Origin: an uncultured delta proteobacterium
GTDB taxonomy: Bacteria; Desulfobacterota; BSN033; UBA1163
Reading direction: 5' to 3'
Length of the DNA stretch: 64,000 nt
Assembly: GCA_963708295.1 (NCBI GenBank)
Contig: CAVPSJ010000004.1
Span: forward strand, 992,001-1,056,000
The notes beneath the pieces are model-generated. The model was not told the origin of the DNA and ran no database searches. It was given only the letters and a program-made list of their open reading frames with translations. Below, piece by piece: positions 46,950 through 60,155 of this stretch (positions are counted from its first letter, which is position 1; every line of letters begins with the position of its first letter). Both the position numbers and the translations under genes were made by a program.

Positions 46950-47050
46950 GGGATTTCCCTTTCACCCATCCAACCGATGGAGCACAGTCATTCATCATTT
47001 TCCTTTTCGTCTTTTTGCTAGACCCCCGACGAAGAATCCGGAGGGACACC

Positions 47051-48373
47051 ATGGAAAACCTTTTTTATGATGCCTTTCTGATAGCGATCCTCATTCTCAT
47101 GAATGGCTACCTGGCCGGGACAGAAATTGCGGTGGTGACGGCGAGGAAGAGCACCATTAAACAGCTGGCCGAAAGCGGGAAGAGAAGTGCGAAGATTTTT
47201 CTAAAACTAAAAGAGGAACCCGATCGGTTTCTGGCGACCATCCAGATCGGCATCACGGGAGTGGGTGTTCTGGCTTCCGCGGTCGGTGGCGCGGCAGCCG
47301 TCAAGGTCATTAAACCCGCCCTTCAGACGGTCCCCGTCGAAACCATTTCGCTGGCTGCCGAACCCATTTCCATCGTGATCGTGGCCGTCGTGATTACGTA
47401 TTTTACCGTGATCTTTGGGGAACTGGTGCCCAAGTCCGTTGCGTTGATGCATCCTGAAAACTTCGGTCTGTGGACGGCGAGAAGCATCGATATCTTTGCA
47501 AAGATCAATTCCATTTTCGTGAAAGTGCTCACCTTCAGCACCTCCCTCGTGCTCAGCCCCTTCGGCAGGAAACCCTTCACCGAGAGAGCGTACATTACCG
47601 AGGAAGAGGTGAAACTCTTAATAAAAGAGGGAGGGAGACACGGGGTCTTCGAGCCGGCAGAGGAAAGGATCCTCCAGAGCGTTTTTGAATTTACCGACAT
47701 GTCGGTCAAAGAGGTGATGGTCCCCGATATGCGGATGGTGGCCATCCAGATCGATCGGTCTCCCCGGGAGATCCTTTCCATCATCGAAGAGGAACAATTC
47801 TCCCGATATCCGGTCTTCGGGAGAGAGCTGAACGACATCAGGGGAATCCTCAACGCGAAAGACTTCCTGACCCTCTTTGGAAAAACAGGCCAGGTGGATG
47901 TCCGAAAGATCATTCGCGCCCCTTTTTTTATCCCCGAGACGATGAAAATCAGTCTCCTCTTAAGGGAGATGCAGAGGAGAAGAATTCATATGGCCCTGGT
48001 GGTCGATGAATATGGCGGGGTCGCAGGGCTGGTCACGATGGAGGATCTGGTAGAAGAGATCATCGGAGAGATCCGGGACGAGCATGACATCGAAAGCCCT
48101 GTGGTCCAGCTTTCGGATGGAACCCTGCTGATCGACGCATCGATCAGTCTGAAGGATTTAAAGGAGGACTATCATGTTCCCCTTCCGGAGTCTCCGGACT
48201 ATGACACCCTCGGCGGTTTCTTGATGGCCGCACTCCAAAAAATTCCCCAAGCCGGCGACATGGTCGAAATCGAAGGGAAGCGGTTGAAAATTGTTGAAAT
48301 GGTCGGCCAGCGAATCTCCAAAGTCAAACTGGAAAAGCTTCCCGAACCCGTCGAAGGACCCCCGAGCGCATAA
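47051..48373 (+). CDS. HlyC/CorC (CNNM) family protein: TM, CBS pair and CorC domain
   Basis: FLATIQIGIT, GELVPKS, FSRYPV, VVDEYGG, EDLVEEIIGEIRDEHD, TLGGF. Confidence 0.9.
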   Translation: MENLFYDAFLIAILILMNGYLAGTEIAVVTARKSTIKQLAESGKRSAKIFLKLKEEPDRFLATIQIGITGVGVLASAVGGAAAVKVIKPALQTVPVETISLAAEPISIVIVAVVITYFTVIFGELVPKSVALMHPENFGLWTARSIDIFAKINSIFVKVLTFSTSLVLSPFGRKPFTERAYITEEEVKLLIKEGGRHGVFEPAEERILQSVFEFTDMSVKEVMVPDMRMVAIQIDRSPREILSIIEEEQFSRYPVFGRELNDIRGILNAKDFLTLFGKTGQVDVRKIIRAPFFIPETMKISLLLREMQRRRIHMALVVDEYGGVAGLVTMEDLVEEIIGEIRDEHDIESPVVQLSDGTLLIDASISLKDLKEDYHVPLPESPDYDTLGGFLMAALQKIPQAGDMVEIEGKRLKIVEMVGQRISKVKLEKLPEPVEGPPSA

Positions 48374-48435
48374 CGACAAGTGTATCGTTCCGTTAAGAAA
48401 CGGAACGCTCGAAGTCGAAATCGGAGAGAAAAGAA

Positions 48436-48705
48436 ATGGATTGGAAGATTTTTCTTACCACTTTCGGAACAATTTTCCTTGCCGAACTGGGTGACAAGAC
48501 ACAGTTGGCGGCCATCATGATGACTTCCAAGACAAAACTTCCCTGGTCGGTATTTGCCGGGGCCGCTCTCGCTCTGTGCCTCGTCACACTGATTGGAGTT
48601 CTCTTCGGTGAGGGTCTGATCGCCGTCATCCCCGGGAATATTCTCAAGAAGGGGGCTGCGTTAGCCTTCGTCGTCATCGGGGTATGGATGTTCTTCAGCA
48701 AATAG
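48436..48705 (+). CDS. TMEM165/GDT1 (UPF0016) single-repeat protein
   Basis: IFLAELGDKTQLA motif; 3 TM. Confidence 0.88.
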   Translation: MDWKIFLTTFGTIFLAELGDKTQLAAIMMTSKTKLPWSVFAGAALALCLVTLIGVLFGEGLIAVIPGNILKKGAALAFVVIGVWMFFSK

Positions 48706-48850
48706 CCTCCAGCTACATCACAACTTTACCACATAAAGAAGATTCACCGATTTTTTCACGAACAATATAAAGACAGGAGACTCTGTCCGGGATGGAGACC
48801 TAGGAGACCACATTATTTGATCTGTCCGAGCCCTTTGACAGCCACGGTGA

Positions 48851-48947
48851 GTATGACGCTCAGGCTGAGCTGTGGTGGGCCGCAGCGAGAAACGCAAACT
48901 GAGACGGTCTGATATAAGAACAAGCCGTTAGCTCCAGCCCGTTAGGC
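48851..48947 (-). other. attC site (second array)
   Basis: Minus strand GCCTAAC gg gctggagcta...cagctcagcctgagc GTCATAC, 3 nt after the 48951 stop; R' degenerate. Confidence 0.65.
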
Positions 48948-48950
48948 AGC

Positions 48951-49373
48951 CTAATAGCTACGACACCCTTTAAAGTTGCACATCTTATTATTTGTTTTTG
49001 TTGAGCCACAACTGAAATATAGTTCTCCTGTCCGCCATGATCTTTTTGCATATACATAAGGATACCCACATTTTGGGCAAGAGCCAGTAGCTATCTGACC
49101 TTTAAAATCTGGGCGAGAATAGGGTGTTTTCGCGCTAGTATTAACCTCATTTTCCTTGTCGGGCGAAATTATCAAATAATCACTTTTCCCTTTGTACATT
49201 CCAATACTAATTCTTGCAATATAATAAAACACATAAAGAACCGCCATAATTATGACAATTTGAACAATGCGATACCAATTCGCGCTCGAATATTTTTCAA
49301 AATATTTCTCAAAATCTTTCCCAAATAATATCTCTAGAGCTTTTATTAGAAGGTTGATAATAAAATGGATCAT
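48951..49373 (-). CDS. Cassette protein: TM segment plus topoisomerase-type C4 zinc ribbon
   Basis: Hydrophobic IVQIVIIMAVLYVFYYI; CPKCG...GELYFSC...CNF; AT-rich. Confidence 0.65.
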   Translation of the reverse strand: MIHFIINLLIKALEILFGKDFEKYFEKYSSANWYRIVQIVIIMAVLYVFYYIARISIGMYKGKSDYLIISPDKENEVNTSAKTPYSRPDFKGQIATGSCPKCGYPYVYAKRSWRTGELYFSCGSTKTNNKMCNFKGCRSY

Positions 49374-49405
49374 TGTATGAATTGGTCCCTATAATTAATT
49401 TATCT

Positions 49406-49452
49406 GCCGAACGAAAAGGCTTACCGGGAGCCGGATTTATCCGGCTAAGGCC
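49406..49452 (-). other. Residual half of an attC site
   Basis: R' GTTCGGC on the minus strand, near-complementary to the R'' (ctgcctaac) of the downstream cassette; gccggatttatccggc hairpin. Confidence 0.55.
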
Positions 49453-49465
49453 CGATGATTTCTGC

Positions 49466-49536
49466 GAACCGCCCATTGCGGACCCGCATGATGGGTGGTG
49501 TGGGGAGGGACGGCTAACTACCGTCCCTTACCCGAT
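49466..49536 (+). ncRNA. Group IIC intron 3' remnant (domains V and VI)
   Basis: GAACCGCCCATTGCGGACCCGCATGATGGGTGGTGT (short DV with CGC triad), then GGGGAGGGACGG..CCGTCCCTT-A-CCCGAT (DVI with bulged A, AT end). Confidence 0.85.
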
Positions 49537-49543
49537 TGGGCCG

Positions 49544-50716
49544 TCAATTCCGTTTCTCAAATGCAGAACATGGGCACGATTCTTTATGTTCGATTTTAAT
49601 GACTTCTTTTCCTTTAGCATCTATAGTCAATTTCTTAGCTGAATTCGTATAACCTTTGGTTTCCGGATCTTTAACCCAATAGTTCCATAGAATATAACCT
49701 TCTTTAGTTACAATGACTGGGTACCATTCCGCCTCATCACCTTGTTGGAGACAAGGTAAATAGTCATGAACTTCAATTATCAGGTTTTGCTTTTTGTTCT
49801 CTACATTCAACTTCCATAGTTGTCGACTGGACTTTTTGGTTCTAAAAAAATAAATTGAATCTCCGTCTGATGACCACGCAGGGTATTCTCCACTAATTTT
49901 GATTATTGATTGTCCTGTCTTTGTACTGAAAACCTTAATTTCTTCTGGCTTATGATAATAACTAGTATGCCAAAAAAACTTACAATTAGGACTAAATATT
50001 GCCATGCCTCCAGGTAACTTGAAAACAGAACCGGATGAATTTATAAAATAAATATTATCACTTTCTTTTTCTTCTGAATCCCATTTTTCTTCCCAAGAAA
50101 GTTCTATATTAGGACAATCTTTTCCTAAAGGCCATCCGCTAACGCCAAAACATTTTTCTTTGGAAGAATGTTCATTTTGAGGTTCCATTATACAATCGTC
50201 GGAATAGCAATATATCCCTTTAAGAGGAATCTCTTGAATTTTGCCTTCTTTGATGTTTGTAGACCATGCTTTGATAACACTATAGTCAGACTTATTTATA
50301 AGAGCGAAGATTGGATTCTTGAAACCATTATATTTTAGATCATGGTCCTTACTATCCCCGACTTTAATTTTTTGATTATTATTGAGACTTACTTTTATGA
50401 CGTCGATTACCTTACGGTTACAGACCAACCATAAGTAATGTTCCTTACTGCTTTTAACATGCAAAAGGTCAAACACCAATTGATCAATAGGCTCTCCTTT
50501 TTTACCAATAATATGCTTAATAACAAATTGATGTTCAATCCCATGATACCTTTTGGGCAATCTAGATTTTTGAAATAATTCATTATATTCTATTATCGTA
50601 CCAATGATGTTGGAAACATCTTGATCTGCTGTTTCTGCAGCAACGCATATATTAAAAAATAATAATGAATATAAAAATAAGGAATAACTCGATAACATCA
50701 AAAGATTTCTCCTCAT
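49544..50716 (-). CDS. AT-rich secreted hypothetical protein, C-terminal TolB/beta-propeller-like; probable cassette
   Basis: Signal peptide; FSPNCK and YPAWSSDGDSIYF repeats; stop directly before an R''-like ggccca. Confidence 0.65.
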   Translation of the reverse strand: MRRNLLMLSSYSLFLYSLLFFNICVAAETADQDVSNIIGTIIEYNELFQKSRLPKRYHGIEHQFVIKHIIGKKGEPIDQLVFDLLHVKSSKEHYLWLVCNRKVIDVIKVSLNNNQKIKVGDSKDHDLKYNGFKNPIFALINKSDYSVIKAWSTNIKEGKIQEIPLKGIYCYSDDCIMEPQNEHSSKEKCFGVSGWPLGKDCPNIELSWEEKWDSEEKESDNIYFINSSGSVFKLPGGMAIFSPNCKFFWHTSYYHKPEEIKVFSTKTGQSIIKISGEYPAWSSDGDSIYFFRTKKSSRQLWKLNVENKKQNLIIEVHDYLPCLQQGDEAEWYPVIVTKEGYILWNYWVKDPETKGYTNSAKKLTIDAKGKEVIKIEHKESCPCSAFEKRN

Positions 50717-51237
50717 AACACCACCTATGTTTACACTACTAAGATTTAGTATCCATAACTCAAAGCCACAATAAACAGAATGTTTTGTAAAAAATCATAG
50801 AGTGTCTCCGCCATTAGCGCCGCGCGCAGCGCGGCGCTAACAATTAATAGACGAATTTCGTAGTTGCTTGGAATCGAGTCCTCAAGTTCCAGCTTTTTAC
50901 CAGTTTTAGGCGCTTTTGTATAGGAAATTGTACATAATTGTTGATTCTATTTCGTGTTTTCCCCGTAATAGCATGAAATACGAACTTCGCATAACATCGG
51001 ATTTTTGGCAAACTTAGGGGTCATGATTAAGAAATATGCTTCAACCTCAGTTTCAAGACTCCTGTTTTCTCGTTTCCTAGTCGCTGCAAAAAATGGGCCT
51101 TTTTATGCTCACAACAAGGAAAAAGAAGGTGAGAAATTTGGAATCACGACTTCAGGAAGGGGTATTTGGGCAGGAGTTCGGCGGGAAAACAAATCGCACT
51201 TATTTGAGAAACTGAAGCACGTTCCCCGGGACTGCTC

Positions 51238-52500
51238 TTATGTCTCGTTTCGACCGAACTTACGGTTCGCCTGGGCCCGCCGCTGCCGCTGGAAGCTACC
51301 GTCAGCTATTTCCTTGAAGATGACCTTTTTGAAAAGTTCGAACATCCTGTAAGGCTGGGGTTTCTCCCGGTAGAAGATTTCCCATGCCTCGTCGCATAAC
51401 TGCTCGAGGCGCTCCGGGCTCATGTGTTTTGGCTGGAAGACGACCTTGTCGCAGGTGTAGTCGTCCCAGTTGTAGGAAAGGATTCGTCCCTCCGCCTGCA
51501 GGTCTGCGAAGGCCCGAGTGTGTGGAAAGGGGGTCAATACGCTGAACTCGGCCAGGTCCAATTCTATCTCCAGGAGAAAGTCGACGATGCGGCGGATATC
51601 GTCTTCCGTATGGCGGTCGAGGCCCAGGAGAATTGCTCCCTCCACGCCGATCCCGAAGTCGCGGTAGCGCTTAACCCGGTCGCGAATAAAATCCGAGGTA
51701 TCGAAGATTGCCTGATAGACAAACCACGCCCCGGCCTGGGCCGCCAGATCAAGGACTTCATCGTCGTCCTCGATGGGGTGACAGCACCACTTCTTTTTCA
51801 AAGGAATCATTTCACGGAAGAGCTGTTTTTCCCATGCCTTGTCCTGAGCCAGGGAGTTGTCAACGATGTACAGGCGGCTGTTGTCGATGGCGGCCAGCTC
51901 CTCCAGGACCTTCTCGAGAGGGCGGGGCCTGAACTCCTTTCCTCCCACGAAGCTCATGCAGCACGGGTAGCAGTTGAACCGGCATCCCCGCGAGGCATGT
52001 AAAAGATCGACCATCTGGATTCCTTTGTAATTGTAAAGCTGCCGTTTAAGGATATCCCGCCGGGCCGTGCCGACCGAAGCGATAGGCGGAAAATCCGTCA
52101 GGTAGTCGTAGACCTTCCGGAGCCGGTTATTTCGAAAATCATCCAGGACCTGTTCCATCCGTCCTTCCGCCTCCCCGAGGAAGACGGCGTCGGCGTGAAG
52201 GGACGTCTCTTCGGCGTGAAGCATCGTTGCAATGCCGCCGAAGATGACCTTCAACCCCCGCTTGCGGTACTCGTCTGCAATTTCCCAACCCCGTTTCACC
52301 TGGCTCGTCAGCATCATCGAAATCCCGACCAAATCCGCCTGATCGTTGAAATCGATTGTCTCCAGGTTCTCATCGACGAAGGTAATGTCCACCCCTTCGG
52401 GCATTGTCGCAGCAAAGACGACGGGACCGTGGGGGGGAAGATGGAACTCCGTCTGGCGTCTGAGTTTCTTCCATTTCGGGTAGATGAGTTTGAACTTCAT
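51238..52500 (-). CDS. B12-binding-domain radical SAM protein
   Basis: VDEN, LVGIS, IFGGIA, GEAEG, ASRGCRFNCYPC, TPFPHT. Confidence 0.85.
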   Translation of the reverse strand: MKFKLIYPKWKKLRRQTEFHLPPHGPVVFAATMPEGVDITFVDENLETIDFNDQADLVGISMMLTSQVKRGWEIADEYRKRGLKVIFGGIATMLHAEETSLHADAVFLGEAEGRMEQVLDDFRNNRLRKVYDYLTDFPPIASVGTARRDILKRQLYNYKGIQMVDLLHASRGCRFNCYPCCMSFVGGKEFRPRPLEKVLEELAAIDNSRLYIVDNSLAQDKAWEKQLFREMIPLKKKWCCHPIEDDDEVLDLAAQAGAWFVYQAIFDTSDFIRDRVKRYRDFGIGVEGAILLGLDRHTEDDIRRIVDFLLEIELDLAEFSVLTPFPHTRAFADLQAEGRILSYNWDDYTCDKVVFQPKHMSPERLEQLCDEAWEIFYREKPQPYRMFELFKKVIFKEIADGSFQRQRRAQANRKFGRNET

Positions 52501-52645
52501 AATATCTTACGAAATCCCTCCAGCTTACGCCGTCGAAAATTATTGAACGGAGATTTTCAGGACGTACTTAATACCTTTTTGGCTATTGTCTGTCGAGTGG
52601 GGCATCATCTTTTCCCCCGATCCCCCCATCTCCTTATCTCCCCAC

Positions 52646-54065
52646 TCAAGAAGCCTCCTGCTGCCCTCCTACCACCAGCTCAGGAATCCTTAACGTGGGC
52701 TGGGCATCGGCGACCGGAACGCCCTGGCCGTCTTTTCCACAGGTTCCGATCCCGAACCCGAGATCATTTCCGACCATATCGATATCTTTCAGAACCTTGG
52801 GTCCGTTGCCGATCAGTGTCGCACCGCGGACGGGTTCTCCGATACTTCCTTTTTCGATCAGATATCCCTCATTCACCTCAAAAATAAAGTCTCCATTGAC
52901 CGTGTTGACCTGCCCGCCGCCCATCTTCTTTACGAATAATCCCTTCTCTACGGAATGAACAATCTCTTCCGGTTTCATCTTCCCCGGAAGGACCATCGTG
53001 TTGCTCATCCTGGGAATGGGTTTGTCCTGGTAAGATTCTCTTCTTCCGTTACCGGTTGATTCCACCCCGTCCTCCAGCGCCGTGAGCCGATCATAGAGAT
53101 ACCCCTTCAAAACTCCTCCTTCCACCAGGATGGTTCTCCGGGAGGGCACCCCCTCGTCATCAAAGGAGTAGGACCCTCTTCGCTGAGGAAGGGTGGGGTC
53201 GTCGACAACATTGATGATAGAGGAAGCGACCGCCTCTCCGACCTTCTTGGAATAGACGGAGAGACCCTGCTGGGCAAGGTCCGCCTCCAGTCCGTGGCCG
53301 ATCGCTTCATGGATCATCGTTCCCCCTGCATCGCTCGACAAGATCACCGCCATTTTCCCCATCGGGGCCTTTCTGGCGGAAAGCATCAGGAGAGATCTCC
53401 GGGCGGCCACTTGTGCCACCTCCTCCGGAGGATGAAGATCGAAGAGCTCGAAGCCCATCGTTCCTCCCGCCGGTTCATACCCGGTTTGAACCACATCCCC
53501 TTTTGCAGAAACGACCTGAACAGTGAATACTGTTCCCACTCTCTCTCCCTCGACGAAAAGCCCCTCCGAATTCGAGATGGAAAGCCTCTGATTCACATCC
53601 CGATAGAGGACCCTGACCTGTTGAACATGGGGATCGAATCTCCGGGCGACATCGTTGGCTCGTTTCACGATGGAAACCCTTTCTTCCATCGAAAGTTTCT
53701 CTGGGTTTTTTCGAATCGGAGAAGGGGAACCGGAAACCGGAAAAGACGAAAGTGCCGGTCGTTTTGACTGAGCAAGACCGATGGTCTTTCCCCCTCCCCC
53801 CTCTTTCGCGGACCGGCTTATCCTTCTTGCCAAATCCAACAGGGATTCCTTTGAGAGGTCGGTTGTGAAACCATAAAACGTTTTTCTGTTGAAGAGGATT
53901 CGAAGTCCCACCCCTCTATCCAGGCCCGAGACCACCTTCTCAATTCGATCCTCTTCACAAGTGATGACCACCGAATGGGTTTGTTCAAAAAAGAGATCTG
54001 CAAACTCCCCTCCCTCCCGGAGGGCCTCATGCAGTATTTCTTGGTATGGAATGGTCTACGATCAC
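52646..54065 (-). CDS. tldD: TldD/PmbA family metalloprotease (apparent +1 frameshift in the first codons)
   Basis: GGEFADLFFE, HEAIGHGLEAD, DDEGVP, TGNGRRESY, PRMSNT, CGKDGQ; the GTG after AGGAGG is out of frame by one base. Confidence 0.88.
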
Positions 54066-54105
54066 ATTTCCTCCTGCCCCACAGAATAAATCACCAAGGG
54101 ATTCA

Positions 54106-54435
54106 TCAAAAGCCCGAAATCCGAATGTCGAAATCCGAAACAAATCCAAAATTCAAAGAGTCGGATTTATGGACAAAGCATGTCATTTGACATTTGGATT
54201 TTGGGCAATTGTGCTTCGGATTTAGGACAATTGGTTCAATGGTCATTTCCTTCCGCAGCCCTTCTAAGACCTCTTCCAAGTCTTTTTCCCATCCCGGGGC
54301 CACCATCAACTCCACCACCGCTTCGTAGGGATCCTTGGTCCTCACTACAGCCATTCCCTCATAGGATTCGAGGATGAATTTGAAATACGCGATGTCTTCA
54401 CGGCGCAATCTGAAATATTTAGACTGAGTGTCCAT
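54106..54435 (-). CDS. DUF4911-like small protein
   Basis: REDIAYFKFILESYEGMAVVRTKD; tail derived from the repeat block. Confidence 0.7.
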   Translation of the reverse strand: MDTQSKYFRLRREDIAYFKFILESYEGMAVVRTKDPYEAVVELMVAPGWEKDLEEVLEGLRKEMTIEPIVLNPKHNCPKSKCQMTCFVHKSDSLNFGFVSDFDIRISGF

Positions 54436-54817
54436 GCCCCCTCACTCTTCCCCTCTCCCCACTGGGGAGAGGGCGGGGTGAGGGGAATCGAGCCGAGTAT
54501 CAAAAATGTTTCTGCATTTGTAATAGTACACTCCTGTTCCTCATTTTCGCAACCCTTATTGCAGTTCTAAGACTTTTGAAGTCCGGTCTGCTCATTTCGT
54601 GAAATTGGAGATTGCGTCCTGATCGATGGGAGACGGGTATAGCTGGGCAGGATTCAAGGGAAAACCTGTTTCAGGAATCCTGCGCGGCCATCCTGTTGCC
54701 CGCGCACGGGCCGTGAGCCCGGAGGGGATTTGCCCCATCGCGGTCGAGAAAGAACTGGACGAGGGCAAGTGCTCCCATCTTGACACCCTTACCCTTTTGA
54801 ATGGACAATGAATAAAT

Positions 54818-58232
<3,415 letters not shown>

Positions 58233-58298
58233 TATGGTAAATAACATCGAGTTCATTCTCATCGGAGGGAGAGGTCCGTTAACAGAAAGATCCGCAGG

Positions 58299-59210
58299 AT
58301 GGTGACGATGGCGAAGAAGATGATATTCCTATGGATTTTACTTTTTCTGGCTGTTTCGTTTTCGGGCTGTCAGAAACCAGAGGAAAAGGGGCTGGGGGAA
58401 AAAGATCTGGTAAAGATCGAGGATATTTCCATCTCCATGGAAGAATTTCAGCAGATGCTGGAAAGACAACCCCTGGAAGGGAAGATGAAGCTGTTAAGCC
58501 AGAAGGGGACGAGAGATTTTCTTGAAAATTATGTCATCCCTCGAGAAGTCCTCTATCAGGAAGCTAAGAAGAACGGCTTGGATAAGAATAAAGAAATTCT
58601 GGCCAAGATCGACGATGCAAGAAGGGCCATTCTCATCGACGCCCTTCTCGAAGAGGCATTGAGAAAGACAGGGGAGGTCTCGGAAGAGGAGATTCAACGA
58701 TATTATAAGGATAACCCGACCCTCTTTACGGAGCCCCAGGAGATAAAGATACGTCACATTGTTGTCAATACGGAGCCCGCTCTGAAAGAGGTGGTGACAA
58801 AGCTCTCGAACGGTGAAAGTTTTGAGAAGTTAGCCTCCACCTATAATATCGGTCATTTCAAGGAGGACGGGGGAAATCTCGGCTACATTCGCCGTGGGCA
58901 GTTGGCCCCTCCCTTTGCTCAGTTTGAAGAAGCCGCCTTTTCCCTCAGGAAAAGGGGGGAGATCAGCGAAGTCGTCAGCACGCCCTATGGGTATCATATC
59001 CTCCGATTGGAAGATCTGCGGGGCAGCGCCTTGAAGCCCCTGAATCGGGTCAAGGAAAGGATTCGCTTTTTCCTCCAGCCGAAAAAGAAACAGGAGGCCT
59101 ATCTCGAATATGTGAAGGAAGCAAAATCGAAAACCAAGATTCTCATCAATGAGAAGCTCTGGGCTGAAGAAGAGAAAAAAGAGGCGAAGCCGGCGGAAGG
59201 CAAGAAATGA
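58299..59210 (+). CDS. PpiC-type peptidyl-prolyl isomerase lipoprotein
   Basis: Lipobox FSGC; IRHIVV, GESFEKLA, GGNLGY, TPYGYHI. Confidence 0.88.
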   Translation: MVTMAKKMIFLWILLFLAVSFSGCQKPEEKGLGEKDLVKIEDISISMEEFQQMLERQPLEGKMKLLSQKGTRDFLENYVIPREVLYQEAKKNGLDKNKEILAKIDDARRAILIDALLEEALRKTGEVSEEEIQRYYKDNPTLFTEPQEIKIRHIVVNTEPALKEVVTKLSNGESFEKLASTYNIGHFKEDGGNLGYIRRGQLAPPFAQFEEAAFSLRKRGEISEVVSTPYGYHILRLEDLRGSALKPLNRVKERIRFFLQPKKKQEAYLEYVKEAKSKTKILINEKLWAEEEKKEAKPAEGKK

Positions 59211-60136
59211 AGCGATCTTTTATCCTTTTTACCTTAGGCCTCTTCTTGTCTTTCCTCGTGGGATGTAACCCGTGGGGAGCAGGACTGCCCGATCATATTA
59301 TCGCCCAAGTCAATGAGGAGCAAATACCCGTTGAAGAATTTGACCGGGAATTTAAGGAGTTGATCTTAGAATCGGATAAGGACGCAAAAGGAACCGATCT
59401 CGGGAACCTGAGACGGGTGTGTCTCGATCAGATCATCGAGCGCAAGATTCTTGTCCAGGAGGCCCGACGTTTGGGCGTCAAGGTTTCTCCGGAGGAGCTG
59501 AATCAGGCCATTGTCGATATCGAAACCGATTATCCCGAAAAGGGATTTGGGGAGAAGTTGGGCCTCAAGGGCGTGACCCTCGAGGAATGGAAAGCTCGAC
59601 TGGAAGAAAGGATGTTGGCGGAGAAAGCCATCCGGGGGAGCTTCCGTACCCAGGAAAAAATCGACGAGAAGGAAGCTCTTCAATATTATGAGGATCATCG
59701 GTCCTCATTTCAAATTGAACAGAAGGTGAGGGCACGTCAGATCGTTGTGGCGGATGGGGAAGAGGCGATTCAGATTCTGAAACGACTGAAAAAAGGGGAA
59801 CCCTTTGAGAAGGTGGCCAGGGAAAAGTCGCTGGGACCCGAGAGAGTTCAGGGGGGAGATTTGGGTTATTTCAGCCAGGGGGAGAAGCCCTCTGAATTCA
59901 ATCATGTTTTTAGTATGGAGGTGGGAGCGGTCAGTGGAGTGATCAAGAGTCCTTACGGTTATCATATTTTTAAGCTGGAGGGGAAAATCGAGCCCAGGGA
60001 GGTTCCCTTTTCGGAAGCCCGGTTAGAGATTCTGCAAGCCCTTGGGCAAAAGAAAAGCGAAGAAAATTATCAGAAGTGGTTCAAAAACCTCAAAGAAAAG
60101 GCGAAGGTGAAGGTCAACAAGAAATGGTTCAAATGA
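59207..60136 (+). CDS. SurA/PrsA-like PPIase lipoprotein
   Basis: Lipobox LVGC; IIAQVN, ARQIVV, GGDLGYF, SPYGYHIF. Confidence 0.88.
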   Translation: MKRSFILFTLGLFLSFLVGCNPWGAGLPDHIIAQVNEEQIPVEEFDREFKELILESDKDAKGTDLGNLRRVCLDQIIERKILVQEARRLGVKVSPEELNQAIVDIETDYPEKGFGEKLGLKGVTLEEWKARLEERMLAEKAIRGSFRTQEKIDEKEALQYYEDHRSSFQIEQKVRARQIVVADGEEAIQILKRLKKGEPFEKVAREKSLGPERVQGGDLGYFSQGEKPSEFNHVFSMEVGAVSGVIKSPYGYHIFKLEGKIEPREVPFSEARLEILQALGQKKSEENYQKWFKNLKEKAKVKVNKKWFK

Positions 60137-60155
60137 GAAAGGGAGCAGAGAGGGC

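Noticed and set aside
48374-48435. yybP-ykoY manganese riboswitch before the GDT1-family gene
   Set aside because: The interval is only ~60 bp and holds a simple cgttccgtt/aacggaacg hairpin.
54050-54070. Selenocysteine or pyrrolysine readthrough at the ATG TGA TCG TAG start of tldD
   Set aside because: Removing a single extra base restores GTG-ATC-GAG-ACC in frame; no SECIS-like support; fits the general indel pattern.
54624-54780. Possible 6S RNA or riboswitch upstream of mfd (gatgggag...ctcccatc closing stem)
   Set aside because: Only one 8-bp stem is evident, with no long rod plus central bubble and no known aptamer motif; cannot be supported without a covariance search.
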